Shown: in pieces, positions 1-8,952 of the stretch
Numbering within the stretch: the first letter of the stretch is position 1
Layout of the letters: each line of letters opens with the position of its first letter
Assembly (NCBI GenBank): GCA_963977445.1
Contig: CAXBPH010000040.1
Span: forward strand, 1-35,666
Direction of reading: 5' to 3'
Source: an uncultured bacterium
GTDB taxonomy: Bacteria; Hydrogenedentota; Hydrogenedentia; Hydrogenedentales; JAEUWI01
DNA length: 35,666 nucleotides
The notes under the pieces: model-generated
Seen by the model: the letters and a program-made list of their open reading frames with translations, nothing else
What the model was told of the DNA's origin: nothing
Databases searched by the model: none
Position numbers and translations under genes: made by a program

Positions 1-611
1 GCCAGAACCCGGTCCTCTTCTTCTTTCATATTCAGTTTGCTGTACGAAAGACGTAATTGGCCGAGTAAATACATGTCCTTGGGGTTGGCCGACAGGGCCA
101 CCTTCAAATACTCCACGGCCTCGGTCCACCGCTCGGCCCGCACACAGGCATCGGCCACGTAGCGGGGCACCAGTCGGGAGTGCTCTCGTTGCTGCATGAA
201 TTTCGTGCCCAACAAGACAACCTCATCGTAGGACCCCTGCTGTATCAGCGCCCACAACACATTGTTCTGTACGCCGGGATAATGGCCGCCGTAATCAAGA
301 CAACTCTTATAGGCCAATTCGGCATCGTGCCATTTTTCCTGCTTCAGGAGGATGTCCCCCCACACCTTGTAACCTCGGGGATAGGCCGGGACCCGGTCTA
401 ATGCATTTTCGACCGAGACCAGAGCACCCGTAAAATCGAGGGTCGCCATCAGAGACTCCGCCCGATCCAGGTGGGTGTCGGGGTCTCCCTCGCGCTGCTC
501 CACCAGATAGTGGGAAAAGTAAACATTTCCCACCGCAGTCAACACGAGCAACAGGATCAGCGAAAGGCCCCATCGAATCAATAAATTGCGGGCCTCCGCC
601 ACCGTGTACAT
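1..611 (-). CDS. N-terminally membrane-anchored TPR-repeat protein (partial, runs off left edge; missing from ORF track)
   Basis: Manual translation from ATG at 611 (or GTG at 620, overlapping the upstream TAG): MYTVAEARNLLIRWGLSLILLLVLTAVGNVYF...AYPRGYKVWGDILLKQEKWHDAELAY...RWTEAVEYLKVALSANPKDMYLLGQL. One TM helix then TPR-like helices; no stop before position 1. Confidence 0.85.
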   Translation of the reverse strand, partial: MYTVAEARNLLIRWGLSLILLLVLTAVGNVYFSHYLVEQREGDPDTHLDRAESLMATLDFTGALVSVENALDRVPAYPRGYKVWGDILLKQEKWHDAELAYKSCLDYGGHYPGVQNNVLWALIQQGSYDEVVLLGTKFMQQREHSRLVPRYVADACVRAERWTEAVEYLKVALSANPKDMYLLGQLRLSYSKLNMKEEEDRVL

Positions 612-619
612 AGCCTTCA

Positions 620-1987
620 CTAGCGGGCCCCCTTCGCACTCAGCACAATACGCACGGTAGAAAAGATGATGCGCAAATCCGTGAGGAAGGACAAGTTGCC
701 AATATAGACTAAGTCATAGCGTAAGCGGTCGGATGGCTCAGAGCCGTAGGACCCCTTCACATGAGACAAACTGGTTAAGCCCGGTTTTACGACCAGACGA
801 CGGGTAAACAAGGGTAGGGTCTTGGAGAATTCTTCAACGAAATGAGGACGTTCGGGGCGGGGGCCGACGAGACTCATGTCGCCGCGCAAAACATTCCAGA
901 GCTGGGGAATTTCGTCAATCCGGTGACGCCGGAGAAACCCACCGACAGAAGTCACCCGATCATCATTTTCTGTTGCCCACTGCGGCCCCGACAACTTCTC
1001 CACATCGTTGCGCATGGTTCTGAATTTATAGATGTGGAAGGATTTTCCATTAAGGCCCACCCGTTCCTGGCGGTAGATTACGCCGCCGGGCGACGTCATC
1101 TTCACCGCCACGGCCGCCACCGCCGCGATGGGAGAGAGTACAATCAGCCCCACCACGGCCGCCGCCCGATCGAGGGCCCGCTTCACATGATAATACGCAC
1201 CCAGCTGGAGGCGATTGGCCAATTCGATGAGCGGCACACCAGCCACGGCCGCCACCGCGCTATGCTGAAACAAGAGGGTTTCATGGAGACTTGGATAAAG
1301 AAATGTGCGGCGATATCGGGGACCACAAAAATCCGCCAGGGCCGTCAAGGCCACCATATCGGTATTGTCCCCACAGATAATGGCTTCCGCGTGACCGGCC
1401 CCGGCCCGTTGCTCCAGGGATTCCAGTTTATTTTCCATGGCTTCGTCGGGGTCCCGACCCACGTAGTGACCTTCAACGCCGCCAACTTCGGAACGATTGA
1501 GTTCCGTTGCCAGACGCTCCCCCTCGGTCGGGTCGCCGTAGATGAGGAACACGCGCTGAAAGGAGGGAAAGCGTTTGAAAATGCGGATAGCCAATTCGCG
1601 CCAGCAGATGATCAATAGGAGGCCCAGCACGGGCGCTATCAGCAATTCCCGCCGGGAAATAACCAGGGTCTCGTGAGGTAAAAAGGCAACCACAAGAAAG
1701 AGGGTTACCAGCGTGCTGAAAATGGCGATGCCCGCATAGTAGATGGTATCAAAACGATCTGTCAGGCGACTGCTCCGGTAGGCCCCGGAAAGCACCATGG
1801 AACACGAGAAAATAACAAACACCAGGACGCGATCACGCTGTAAATCCGCGTAATCGATACGCACCAGCGTCACCAGCCGTGTCAATGACGCCAGATTCAG
1901 CGCGAGCCAGAGGCACATTAAATCTGTCAGATGACAGAGCACCGCAATGGCCCGCTCTTCGCCTTTATGGATCGATTCTTCTTTCAT
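620..1987 (-). CDS. WcaJ/WbaP-type polyprenyl-phosphate phosphoglycosyltransferase (EPS initiating sugar transferase), intact
   Basis: N-terminal TM bundle, Rossmann-like middle region, complete Bac_transf domain ([46 protein letters not shown]). Start moved to ATG 1987 (MKEESIH) because the 1988-2161 extension overlaps a GT4 relic. Confidence 0.92.
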   Translation of the reverse strand: MKEESIHKGEERAIAVLCHLTDLMCLWLALNLASLTRLVTLVRIDYADLQRDRVLVFVIFSCSMVLSGAYRSSRLTDRFDTIYYAGIAIFSTLVTLFLVVAFLPHETLVISRRELLIAPVLGLLLIICWRELAIRIFKRFPSFQRVFLIYGDPTEGERLATELNRSEVGGVEGHYVGRDPDEAMENKLESLEQRAGAGHAEAIICGDNTDMVALTALADFCGPRYRRTFLYPSLHETLLFQHSAVAAVAGVPLIELANRLQLGAYYHVKRALDRAAAVVGLIVLSPIAAVAAVAVKMTSPGGVIYRQERVGLNGKSFHIYKFRTMRNDVEKLSGPQWATENDDRVTSVGGFLRRHRIDEIPQLWNVLRGDMSLVGPRPERPHFVEEFSKTLPLFTRRLVVKPGLTSLSHVKGSYGSEPSDRLRYDLVYIGNLSFLTDLRIIFSTVRIVLSAKGAR

Positions 1988-2025
1988 CGTGCTGGACTCG
2001 ACATCTTTCGTGAAACGTGCATGCT

Positions 2026-2160
2026 GGGAACTCTTCAGGTTTTTCTCGGAAGTGAGGTAGTATACACGTCCACAAATAGCGCTGCCATTTCGGCCCGCAA
2101 TCGCGTCAGTAAGAATATTGATAGATTTGCGCGAAGCCCGGAATACCAGGTCGAGGCGCA
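2026..2160 (-). pseudogene. Diverged relic copy of the 3' end of the GT4 gene (direct repeat of 3432-3567)
   Basis: 2026-2109 aligns to 3432-3515 with 14 mismatches in 84 nt by manual count, and weaker similarity continues to 2160/3567. Minus strand reads FLLTRLRAEMAALFVDVYTTSLPRKT* versus FSLTRLVAEMATLFTDVYTNAPPRNT* in the GT4. Confidence 0.85.
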
Positions 2161-2218
2161 TACAGGGAAATGGGACCCGCCCCGAACTATGGGGCTGTTG
2201 ATTTACTCAACGCCGTCT

Positions 2219-2419
2219 ACCGCAGGGAATGAAAGCGCTCTGCCGTCATCTCCGCGTCGTAGATCCGCCGTGGTGGAAACGCGGAGCTCCAGTAACGCGG
2301 ACACAGAAACGGATAATACCCTCTGGATTCTCGCCTGCGCGGGAATGACGTTGTGGGTTCTGAATACAGGCATTCGTACTCCACACATTAAATCAGCATC
2401 CCCATGTGCGGGTATCTGC
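2219..2419. repeat. Degenerate cluster of dRS3/REP-like palindromes
   Basis: TGGATTCTCGCCTGCGCGGGAATGACG at 2324-2350 fits the ATTCCC-N8-GGGAAT(GAC) repeat type with one mismatch. Decayed relatives lie near 2219-2236, 2244-2266 and 2397-2419. Confidence 0.6.
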
Positions 2420-2435
2420 CTGCGCCCCCGAGACC

Positions 2436-3362
2436 TCAGCCGCGCTGCTTGCGGATGTATTCGGCCACCTCTTTCAGGCCCGTTTCCAGCGGCATTTCCG
2501 GGGCCCAACCCAGGACTTCCCGAGCAAGATCACCGGTAATATAGCTTTCCTGAACTTCGCCGGGGCGCAAATCGGCCATGATGGGATCACCCGCAAAGTC
2601 GAGGGCTTTTTTCAGGCTTTCGAAAAGCTCCAGGACAGAGGTCCCCGTACCGGAACCCAGATTCAGGATTTGTCCCGCCCCTTTATCGAGGGCCAGCAAA
2701 CAACCCCGGGCAATGTCGCCCACATAAACATAGTCGCGCAACGGCGTGCCATGGCCGAAAAGAGTCGGCGTTTTGCCATCCAGCATCAGGCCCGCCAGGA
2801 TGGCGCACACGCCCGCTTCACCGTCTGGACGCTGACGGGGCCCATAAACATTCGGAAACCGCAAAACGGTAAAGTCCAGCGTGTAGAGACGCTTGTAGAG
2901 GGCAAGATAGTGCTCAAAACTGAGTTTGCTCGTGGCGTAGTGGCACTCCGGCTCGGGATTTGACGATTCGGAGGCCGGCAGTACTTTTTGCACGCCATAG
3001 ATAGCACCGCCAGTCGAGGCAAAGATGACTTTTTTCACCCCGTGCTTTACGCAGCTTTCAAGGATATTGAGTCCACCAAGGATGTTAATGCCTGCATCGT
3101 GCATGGGCTCTTCCACGCTCCGACGCACGTCTATGTGGGCCGCGAGGTGATTCACCACATCGGGCTTTTCGGTCTCAAAAACCTTCGCCACCTCTGGAGA
3201 ACGAATATCCAACGCGTAGAAGGTCGCTGCCGGATTGATATTGCCCGTCATACCGGTGCTCAAATCGTCAATAATTGAGACCGTATGACCCGCCGCCACA
3301 TAGGCATCCACCACGTGGGAACCAATAAAACCGGCGCCACCGGTGACTAGAATTTTACTCAT
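2436..3362 (-). CDS. galE: NAD-dependent epimerase/dehydratase, UDP-glucose 4-epimerase-like (extended SDR)
   Basis: TGGAGFIG Rossmann motif, HLAA, YATSK catalytic YxxxK, NVYGPRQ, RDYVYVGD. Confidence 0.88.
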   Translation of the reverse strand: MSKILVTGGAGFIGSHVVDAYVAAGHTVSIIDDLSTGMTGNINPAATFYALDIRSPEVAKVFETEKPDVVNHLAAHIDVRRSVEEPMHDAGINILGGLNILESCVKHGVKKVIFASTGGAIYGVQKVLPASESSNPEPECHYATSKLSFEHYLALYKRLYTLDFTVLRFPNVYGPRQRPDGEAGVCAILAGLMLDGKTPTLFGHGTPLRDYVYVGDIARGCLLALDKGAGQILNLGSGTGTSVLELFESLKKALDFAGDPIMADLRPGEVQESYITGDLAREVLGWAPEMPLETGLKEVAEYIRKQRG

Positions 3363-3440
3363 GGATTGCTCCTGATACTACGTTTGTTCGGGCTGGACGA
3401 TGATATGCGATGAATGTAAATCCAGCAATCCGGGAACTCG

Positions 3441-4655
3441 TCAGGTATTTCTCGGAGGTGCGTTAGTATACACATCCGTAAATAGCGTCGCCATTTCGGC
3501 CACCAGGCGCGTCAGCGAAAAATGTCGGTGGGCCCGTGCGTATCCCTGTATACCAAGGCGTTGCGCACGCTCGGGATCGTCCAATAAGGTAATCAGCGCC
3601 GTGCTCAGGGCCTCGGGCTTGTCTTGCCCCACCAACAGACCCGTTTCTCCGTCGACCACGATATCCAACGGACCTCCGGCCGCCGTAGCGACAACCGCAC
3701 ACCCCGCCGCCATACCTTCGACCAGGGTCCGCCCAAAGGGCTCGGCCGTCACCGATGGAAGCACGAGGACGGCAGCCTGGCCCAGGAGTTCGGGGATATC
3801 CGTGCGTATACCGGTAAAGTTAACGCGATCCGAAATTCCCAGTTCGGCGCAACGGGTGACCAGGGCCGGCGCATAGTCCGGTTTGTTGACGGCCGGACCA
3901 CCGACGAACCAGACCCGGGCCATTGGGTGGGCTTTCAGCACCGCCGGCAGCGCTTCCACCAGGACATGCTGGCCTTTCCAGGGCTCCTGGCGGCCGATAC
4001 AAAGCACGAGGGGTTCCCCCTGAAACCGCGACAGGTCGGCAGGCGTGGTTTCGGGATATTCCGAGAGGTCGATGCCATTCAGTATGGTGTGCAGTCGGGG
4101 ACCAACCCCGCTGAGCGTAGCGGCGACAGCCGGGGAATTGGCCACGGCACGGGTTGCCAATCGAGCGACCAACCCGCGCATCAGACGATCGGCACGGGAA
4201 TCGGGTACGAGTTCGCGAACATGCCAGATGAGGGGCTTGCGCGACAGGGTGGCCCCGAAAGGCCCCTGGAGATTATTGAGCGTGTTCACGTGAACCATGT
4301 CCACATTCCAGCGACGAAATAACCACGCCGCATAAACAACATGGGGCCAGAACCAAAAGAAAAAACGGAATAACTTGCCCCACTCCAGTGCCCGCCGGGG
4401 TGCGACAAAAGGAATTTCCGCGACCGTACATCCCGCTTCACGGTACGCGGGTGCCAGGGGGTCGCCCCGCCTTAATAGCAAAAACGTCTGAAAGGCACTG
4501 GGGTCGAGGTGGGTAACCAGGTCGAAAAGGGAGCGGTCGGAACCACCGCAGACATCGGAGGTATAGTGGCAAAAGGCTATTCGTATAGGCCGAGGGGACG
4601 CCGCCGATGAATCGTCGGATGCGGTCTGTATTTCGGCATCAGGATCCCGCGACAC
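3441..4655 (-). CDS. Glycosyltransferase family 4 (GT-B fold)
   Basis: GGSDRSL N-terminal motif, WHVRE, GRQEPWKG, EPFGRTLVEGMAAG (E-x7-E), GGPLDIVVDGETG. Confidence 0.93.
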   Translation of the reverse strand: MSRDPDAEIQTASDDSSAASPRPIRIAFCHYTSDVCGGSDRSLFDLVTHLDPSAFQTFLLLRRGDPLAPAYREAGCTVAEIPFVAPRRALEWGKLFRFFFWFWPHVVYAAWLFRRWNVDMVHVNTLNNLQGPFGATLSRKPLIWHVRELVPDSRADRLMRGLVARLATRAVANSPAVAATLSGVGPRLHTILNGIDLSEYPETTPADLSRFQGEPLVLCIGRQEPWKGQHVLVEALPAVLKAHPMARVWFVGGPAVNKPDYAPALVTRCAELGISDRVNFTGIRTDIPELLGQAAVLVLPSVTAEPFGRTLVEGMAAGCAVVATAAGGPLDIVVDGETGLLVGQDKPEALSTALITLLDDPERAQRLGIQGYARAHRHFSLTRLVAEMATLFTDVYTNAPPRNT

Positions 4656-5418
4656 GATTGGATTCCGGCGATAGGGTTGCCCGTAGTTCCCGGGCGGTCT
4701 TCTTGTGGGCCGGGTTTTCCGTCCGATTCAGAAAATCCTCCAAGACCTGCTGCGCACCCGCCACGTCGCCTTGCCGGGCCAACACCCGGGCCATCTGGAT
4801 TACCATACCGTCGGTGGGCGCGATTTCCGCAATACGCCGGTAATGGGTCAACGACGCCGCTTCATCACCCGCCTCTTCGGCAACCTGGGCCAATTTACGC
4901 CGGGCCCAGACTTCCTGCTCAATATTACCTTCTTCCTCGGCCAATGCGAGCCAGGTCAACGTCAGCCGGAGGGCCTCCTCCTTGTCGCCCACGTTCCACA
5001 GGGTTCCCACGTAACCGGCAAAGGCACCGGCCGTCACAAATCCGCTTTCCGGCAAGGCACGATAGGCAACCAGGGCTTCGCTGTAGCGCTGATCGCGAAA
5101 CAAAATGTCGCCAATCGCCAGGCCACATTGGAACCGGGCCCTTTCGTCGGCGAGATTGCCTTTCAAGGCCTGACAGTACTTTTGCAACGCCTGGGGGGTG
5201 TTGCCCAGGGCCTCCAGCTTTTGACCACTATCAAGGGCCGCTTCGGCGCAGGCCTCGCTCAGACCAACGGTAATTCGTTCACCGAAGATGCCATAACCCA
5301 CCAGACTGGCGGCCATCGCGAGGAACGCAATCCCACAGAGTCCCAGAAACAACACATGACTCCCTCCGGGGACGCCCGGAGACAGCTCCACGGGTATATC
5401 GACATTACTTTGGGTCAT
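4639..5418 (-). CDS. Membrane-anchored TPR-repeat protein
   Basis: One hydrophobic helix (VLFLGLCGIAFLAMAASLVGYG) followed by TPR-like helices (IGDILFRDQRYSEALVAY; MARVLARQGDVAGAQQVLEDFL). Start ATG 5418 preferred over 5475. Its 3' end overlaps the GT4 start. Confidence 0.8.
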   Translation of the reverse strand: MTQSNVDIPVELSPGVPGGSHVLFLGLCGIAFLAMAASLVGYGIFGERITVGLSEACAEAALDSGQKLEALGNTPQALQKYCQALKGNLADERARFQCGLAIGDILFRDQRYSEALVAYRALPESGFVTAGAFAGYVGTLWNVGDKEEALRLTLTWLALAEEEGNIEQEVWARRKLAQVAEEAGDEAASLTHYRRIAEIAPTDGMVIQMARVLARQGDVAGAQQVLEDFLNRTENPAHKKTARELRATLSPESNRVAGS

Positions 5419-5829
5419 GGAAAATATTTCCTGAGATTTATTTGAACTAAATAAGCGAAGGTAGACCTCGATCAAATCCAGCTCGTTAGTTTAGGCTATG
5501 TACGCACGTGTCTACAAAAGGTCAACGCAGCGGCAGCTGGGCCACTATCGTTTAAGGCTGCCTTTGACAATTGGGAGCGCAGGCTGGCAGCCGATTGTCT
5601 TGGAAAATGTCCGAGATGAATCTTCGCTTAGTTAGTCTACGCGCCGAATCGGAGTACGTACGTAACTTCTGTTTCTTGCCCGGTATGGTAACAGAAAGGC
5701 CCGAAATCGTGGTAGACGGTGCCCAATACCCCATGATCTTTGCGATAATACCGTGGGCAGTGCTAGCATTCGTCCACGGTCGCCCGTCCTTACCTCAATT
5801 TCGCCCTTTTCGGGCGAGTCCCCGGCGCG

Positions 5830-8766
5830 GTGCCCCCTGAATCTGCCTTACTGGAGAGTTTTTTGAATCAACGGCAAAATATACTTGCGGCTTCCTACCG
5901 TGTGGCTCTTTGTGCCTACCTGTTTACCCTGGTATTGGTCATGTATTGGGGCACGGACGATCCCACGACCCACGTTAAGACACTCCTAACCTCTTGGGCG
6001 GCTGCGATCCTCGCCGGCAGCTATCTTGTGATCACATGGGTGGCACGTATCCCCCTTCGGCGTCCCCCGATCTTCCGGGAAGTTATCCTCTGTTTTCTTG
6101 CCTTCTTTCTGGTGAGTTCCCTGTTTTCCGAATTCCGGGCCGTAAGTCTCCTGGAAACGGGGCGCTTCTTTGGCATGTTTGCCCTCTACTGGCTGGCAAG
6201 TCAGGTCTTTCAAAATACGACCCAGGTCACCCAACTCCTGCGCGTTTTTTGTGTCGCTGTCTTTGTGTCTTCCCTCTATGCCCTCACGCAGGCAACAGGC
6301 CTGGACCCCTTCCCCTGGGAGGAAACGACCAGCGACACCTACACCAATCTGCCCGGCACCTTCGGCAATCCCAACTACGCCGCCCACGCACTGATCCTGG
6401 TCATTATCGCAATTCCCTTCCTCTACCGCCTGGGCCATCGCTGGCCCGCCTTGTTTCTTCCCTTGTTTCTCTTTCACCTGTATCGAACCCACCAGCGTGC
6501 GGGTTTGATTGCGCTGGCCGGGGCACTTGTTCTTATCCTGGTGGCCTTGCTTATCCTCCGACGCCCCAAACGGCCGGCGGCTTCGGTGCTTGCGTGTATC
6601 TCCCTGGTGGCCCTGCTGGGCACGGGGGCATTGGGGGCCGCCCTCTACTGGAACTACAGCCGAACGGGCAACCCCTTCCCCCTGGATCTCTCGCTCCTCC
6701 TCCGCTATCAGTCCTATGTGAGCGCCACCAACATGTTGCTCGATGCCCCGGTCTTGGGACACGGTCCCGCCGTGTATGGCCTGGCCTATGCTCCCTATTG
6801 GACGCCCTTTGAGCAAGACTGGTTCGCCCAGGAATTGCGAATGAATGCCCATGTACACAATGACCTCCTGGAACTCGCGATCGACGGTGGCCTCGCCGCC
6901 GCGGGGCTCTATCTCGCCATGCTGTTGCTCGGCATGTGCTATGGACTCCTGTTGAAGGCACGGGGGACCACGGCGGACCAACGCACTATGGGCCTGCTCT
7001 TTGCCGCCCTCTTCGCTGCCTTCGCCATCGATGGGTTGTTCGGATTCAATCTTCGCGTTCCCGTGACCGCAGCCTTTTTCTTTTTGCTGATGGGCTTGCT
7101 GGATGGAATTTGGGCCGATGCGACACCCACGCCTGCCGTGGGAAAAAAGATCTGGGTCCACCGAGCGGCCCGATTGGCGTTTCTTTTCCTCTTGCTGCTC
7201 AGCACCCGGCAAGAGACCCAGGCCTTCGTGGGCCAATATTACTTTTACCAGGGGGTGCAGGCCCATGCCGACGGGCAGCTGGTAACGGCCCGTGAGGCCT
7301 ACGCAAAAGCAGAAGCGGCGGCTCCCTGGGACTGGCATGCGCCGCGACGTATCGGGATGACCCTGCTGGATGAAGGCCATCCGACGGAAGCAGGCCCCTG
7401 GTTCGAACGGGCCCTGGAGAAAAACCCCCACTATCTACTCGTCCACCTGCCCATGGCACGGGCGGGTTTGATGCTCGCCCAGCAGGCGCTGACAACGCCC
7501 GGAGAAGCGGCCCGCGTCGCTGCACTCGGCTATCTGGACGACGCAACACGCCACGCGAATGCAGTTCTGGCGATGTCCCCGAACTTTTCTGCGGCGGATG
7601 AAATTCTGGGGCGGGTTGAGTCCATTGCCGCCCTCGTCGAACGGGATCGCGCCGCTGAACCAGATACTTCCTCCGAACAAGCCCACTGGATGGCGGCACG
7701 TCAACACCTGGAAGCCGCTATCGGCAATGGTGCCGCAAACCCGGGTGAATTGTATCGCATGTTGATGCGAGTTGAAATCGGTCTGAATAATCCCGACGGC
7801 GCAGAACAGGCCCTCGTCCGGGCCATCCAGGCAGGACAGGAAGACGACAATTCGACCTGGGCACTCTATTTCTCCCTGGCCCGACAACAGAATGACTTTT
7901 CGGGTATCCGTGACGCCCTCTATCGCCACATCGGGACCCTGCTGCGCGAGGAGAATACTCCCCAGGAAGCACGGCTCTCCGTTGCCTTTGACTGGCTTGC
8001 CTCGGTCCAGCAAAATGGCTTCAATGACGCCACCAGCGCCTTGGATGCGTATCGGAGTGCCGTACTCCATGGCCCCCTTCGCCCTGACGCGTGGAGCCGT
8101 TTCGCAGGATTTGCCTACGAGCACAGAGAGCTGCCCCTCCTTGAGGAGACCATCAAGACATCGTGCGCAGCACTCGAAGCGGCCGGCACGCCCCCCTTGC
8201 CACAGGTCGCGATAGTAAACGCCCTGTTGGTCGACAACGACGCCAGTCTGGACGATATCAGCCGCCTCCTGCTGGCGACGGTCCGATCCCAGGAGCCAAC
8301 GCAGACCGCTCGTTCCAACGAAATCTTTGGTTGGGCGGCCCGTATGTTATTGGATCACTACCGAAGCCTGGAGAATGACGGATCGGCCCCCTGCGAAACC
8401 GCATTGAATCTTGGCATCGTTTCGGCCACGATACAAGAATTTGGTGTCGCCGATGGTTTGTTCAAGCACGCCCTCGAATGTCTCGACGAAGCGCAGAACC
8501 CCCTGGCCGCCATTCACTGGTCCGATACCCTGATGCGCACGGGGCGGGGCGCGGAAGCATTGCCGCTCCTGGAGGAAGCCCTGTCCAAGGCCCCTGGCCA
8601 GTTTGAACTCCAATGGGCCATGGCACGGACGCTCAGCGAATTGAAGCGAATGGACGAAGCACGGAAAGCCTATGACGCGCTGTTGGCACGGGAAGAAATA
8701 GACGGGGCAACGCGGACGTTGCTGGAAAATGAGCGAGATGGACTGCCGACTGCAGTACTCCCCTGA
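5830..8766 (+). CDS. O-antigen ligase/Wzy_C-family membrane protein fused to a long C-terminal TPR region
   Basis: About 12 TM helices with GTFGNPNYAAH, THQRAG and AHVHNDLLELAIDGG motifs typical of WaaL/PglL/Wzy_C, then roughly 500 aa of TPR-like helices. Alternative start TTG 5863 follows GGAGAG. Confidence 0.88.
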   Translation: MPPESALLESFLNQRQNILAASYRVALCAYLFTLVLVMYWGTDDPTTHVKTLLTSWAAAILAGSYLVITWVARIPLRRPPIFREVILCFLAFFLVSSLFSEFRAVSLLETGRFFGMFALYWLASQVFQNTTQVTQLLRVFCVAVFVSSLYALTQATGLDPFPWEETTSDTYTNLPGTFGNPNYAAHALILVIIAIPFLYRLGHRWPALFLPLFLFHLYRTHQRAGLIALAGALVLILVALLILRRPKRPAASVLACISLVALLGTGALGAALYWNYSRTGNPFPLDLSLLLRYQSYVSATNMLLDAPVLGHGPAVYGLAYAPYWTPFEQDWFAQELRMNAHVHNDLLELAIDGGLAAAGLYLAMLLLGMCYGLLLKARGTTADQRTMGLLFAALFAAFAIDGLFGFNLRVPVTAAFFFLLMGLLDGIWADATPTPAVGKKIWVHRAARLAFLFLLLLSTRQETQAFVGQYYFYQGVQAHADGQLVTAREAYAKAEAAAPWDWHAPRRIGMTLLDEGHPTEAGPWFERALEKNPHYLLVHLPMARAGLMLAQQALTTPGEAARVAALGYLDDATRHANAVLAMSPNFSAADEILGRVESIAALVERDRAAEPDTSSEQAHWMAARQHLEAAIGNGAANPGELYRMLMRVEIGLNNPDGAEQALVRAIQAGQEDDNSTWALYFSLARQQNDFSGIRDALYRHIGTLLREENTPQEARLSVAFDWLASVQQNGFNDATSALDAYRSAVLHGPLRPDAWSRFAGFAYEHRELPLLEETIKTSCAALEAAGTPPLPQVAIVNALLVDNDASLDDISRLLLATVRSQEPTQTARSNEIFGWAARMLLDHYRSLENDGSAPCETALNLGIVSATIQEFGVADGLFKHALECLDEAQNPLAAIHWSDTLMRTGRGAEALPLLEEALSKAPGQFELQWAMARTLSELKRMDEARKAYDALLAREEIDGATRTLLENERDGLPTAVLP

Positions 8767-8952
8767 ATGCGCCATGGGCCCCACGGAGACATGAAGCAAT
8801 CGTACACACTACGTGTCCGCAAGGTCCAAATTGGCAGCAATCGACACGCGTTGGACTCAACACCGCAGGCAACCAGTTTTGCTATTGTCCCTTTAACCCC
8901 AAAGTCACCCTTAATTTTACCAGATCGGATCTCGGGAACCCGACTAAGAAAA

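Noticed and set aside
1988..2161. 58-aa N-terminal extension of the sugar transferase given by the ORF track
   Set aside because: It reads through the GT4 relic in another frame and lacks family-like character; ATG 1987 gives a normal length.
2026..3567. Diversity-generating retroelement TR/VR pair (diverged repeat at a gene 3' end)
   Set aside because: Mismatches involve all four bases in both copies and are not confined to adenines on either strand. There is an indel, and no reverse transcriptase or Avd gene in the window.
5505..5600. c-di-GMP-I riboswitch (GGCAGC/GCTGCC stems)
   Set aside because: No GGCAAAC..GAAA..GACGCAAAG core on either strand.
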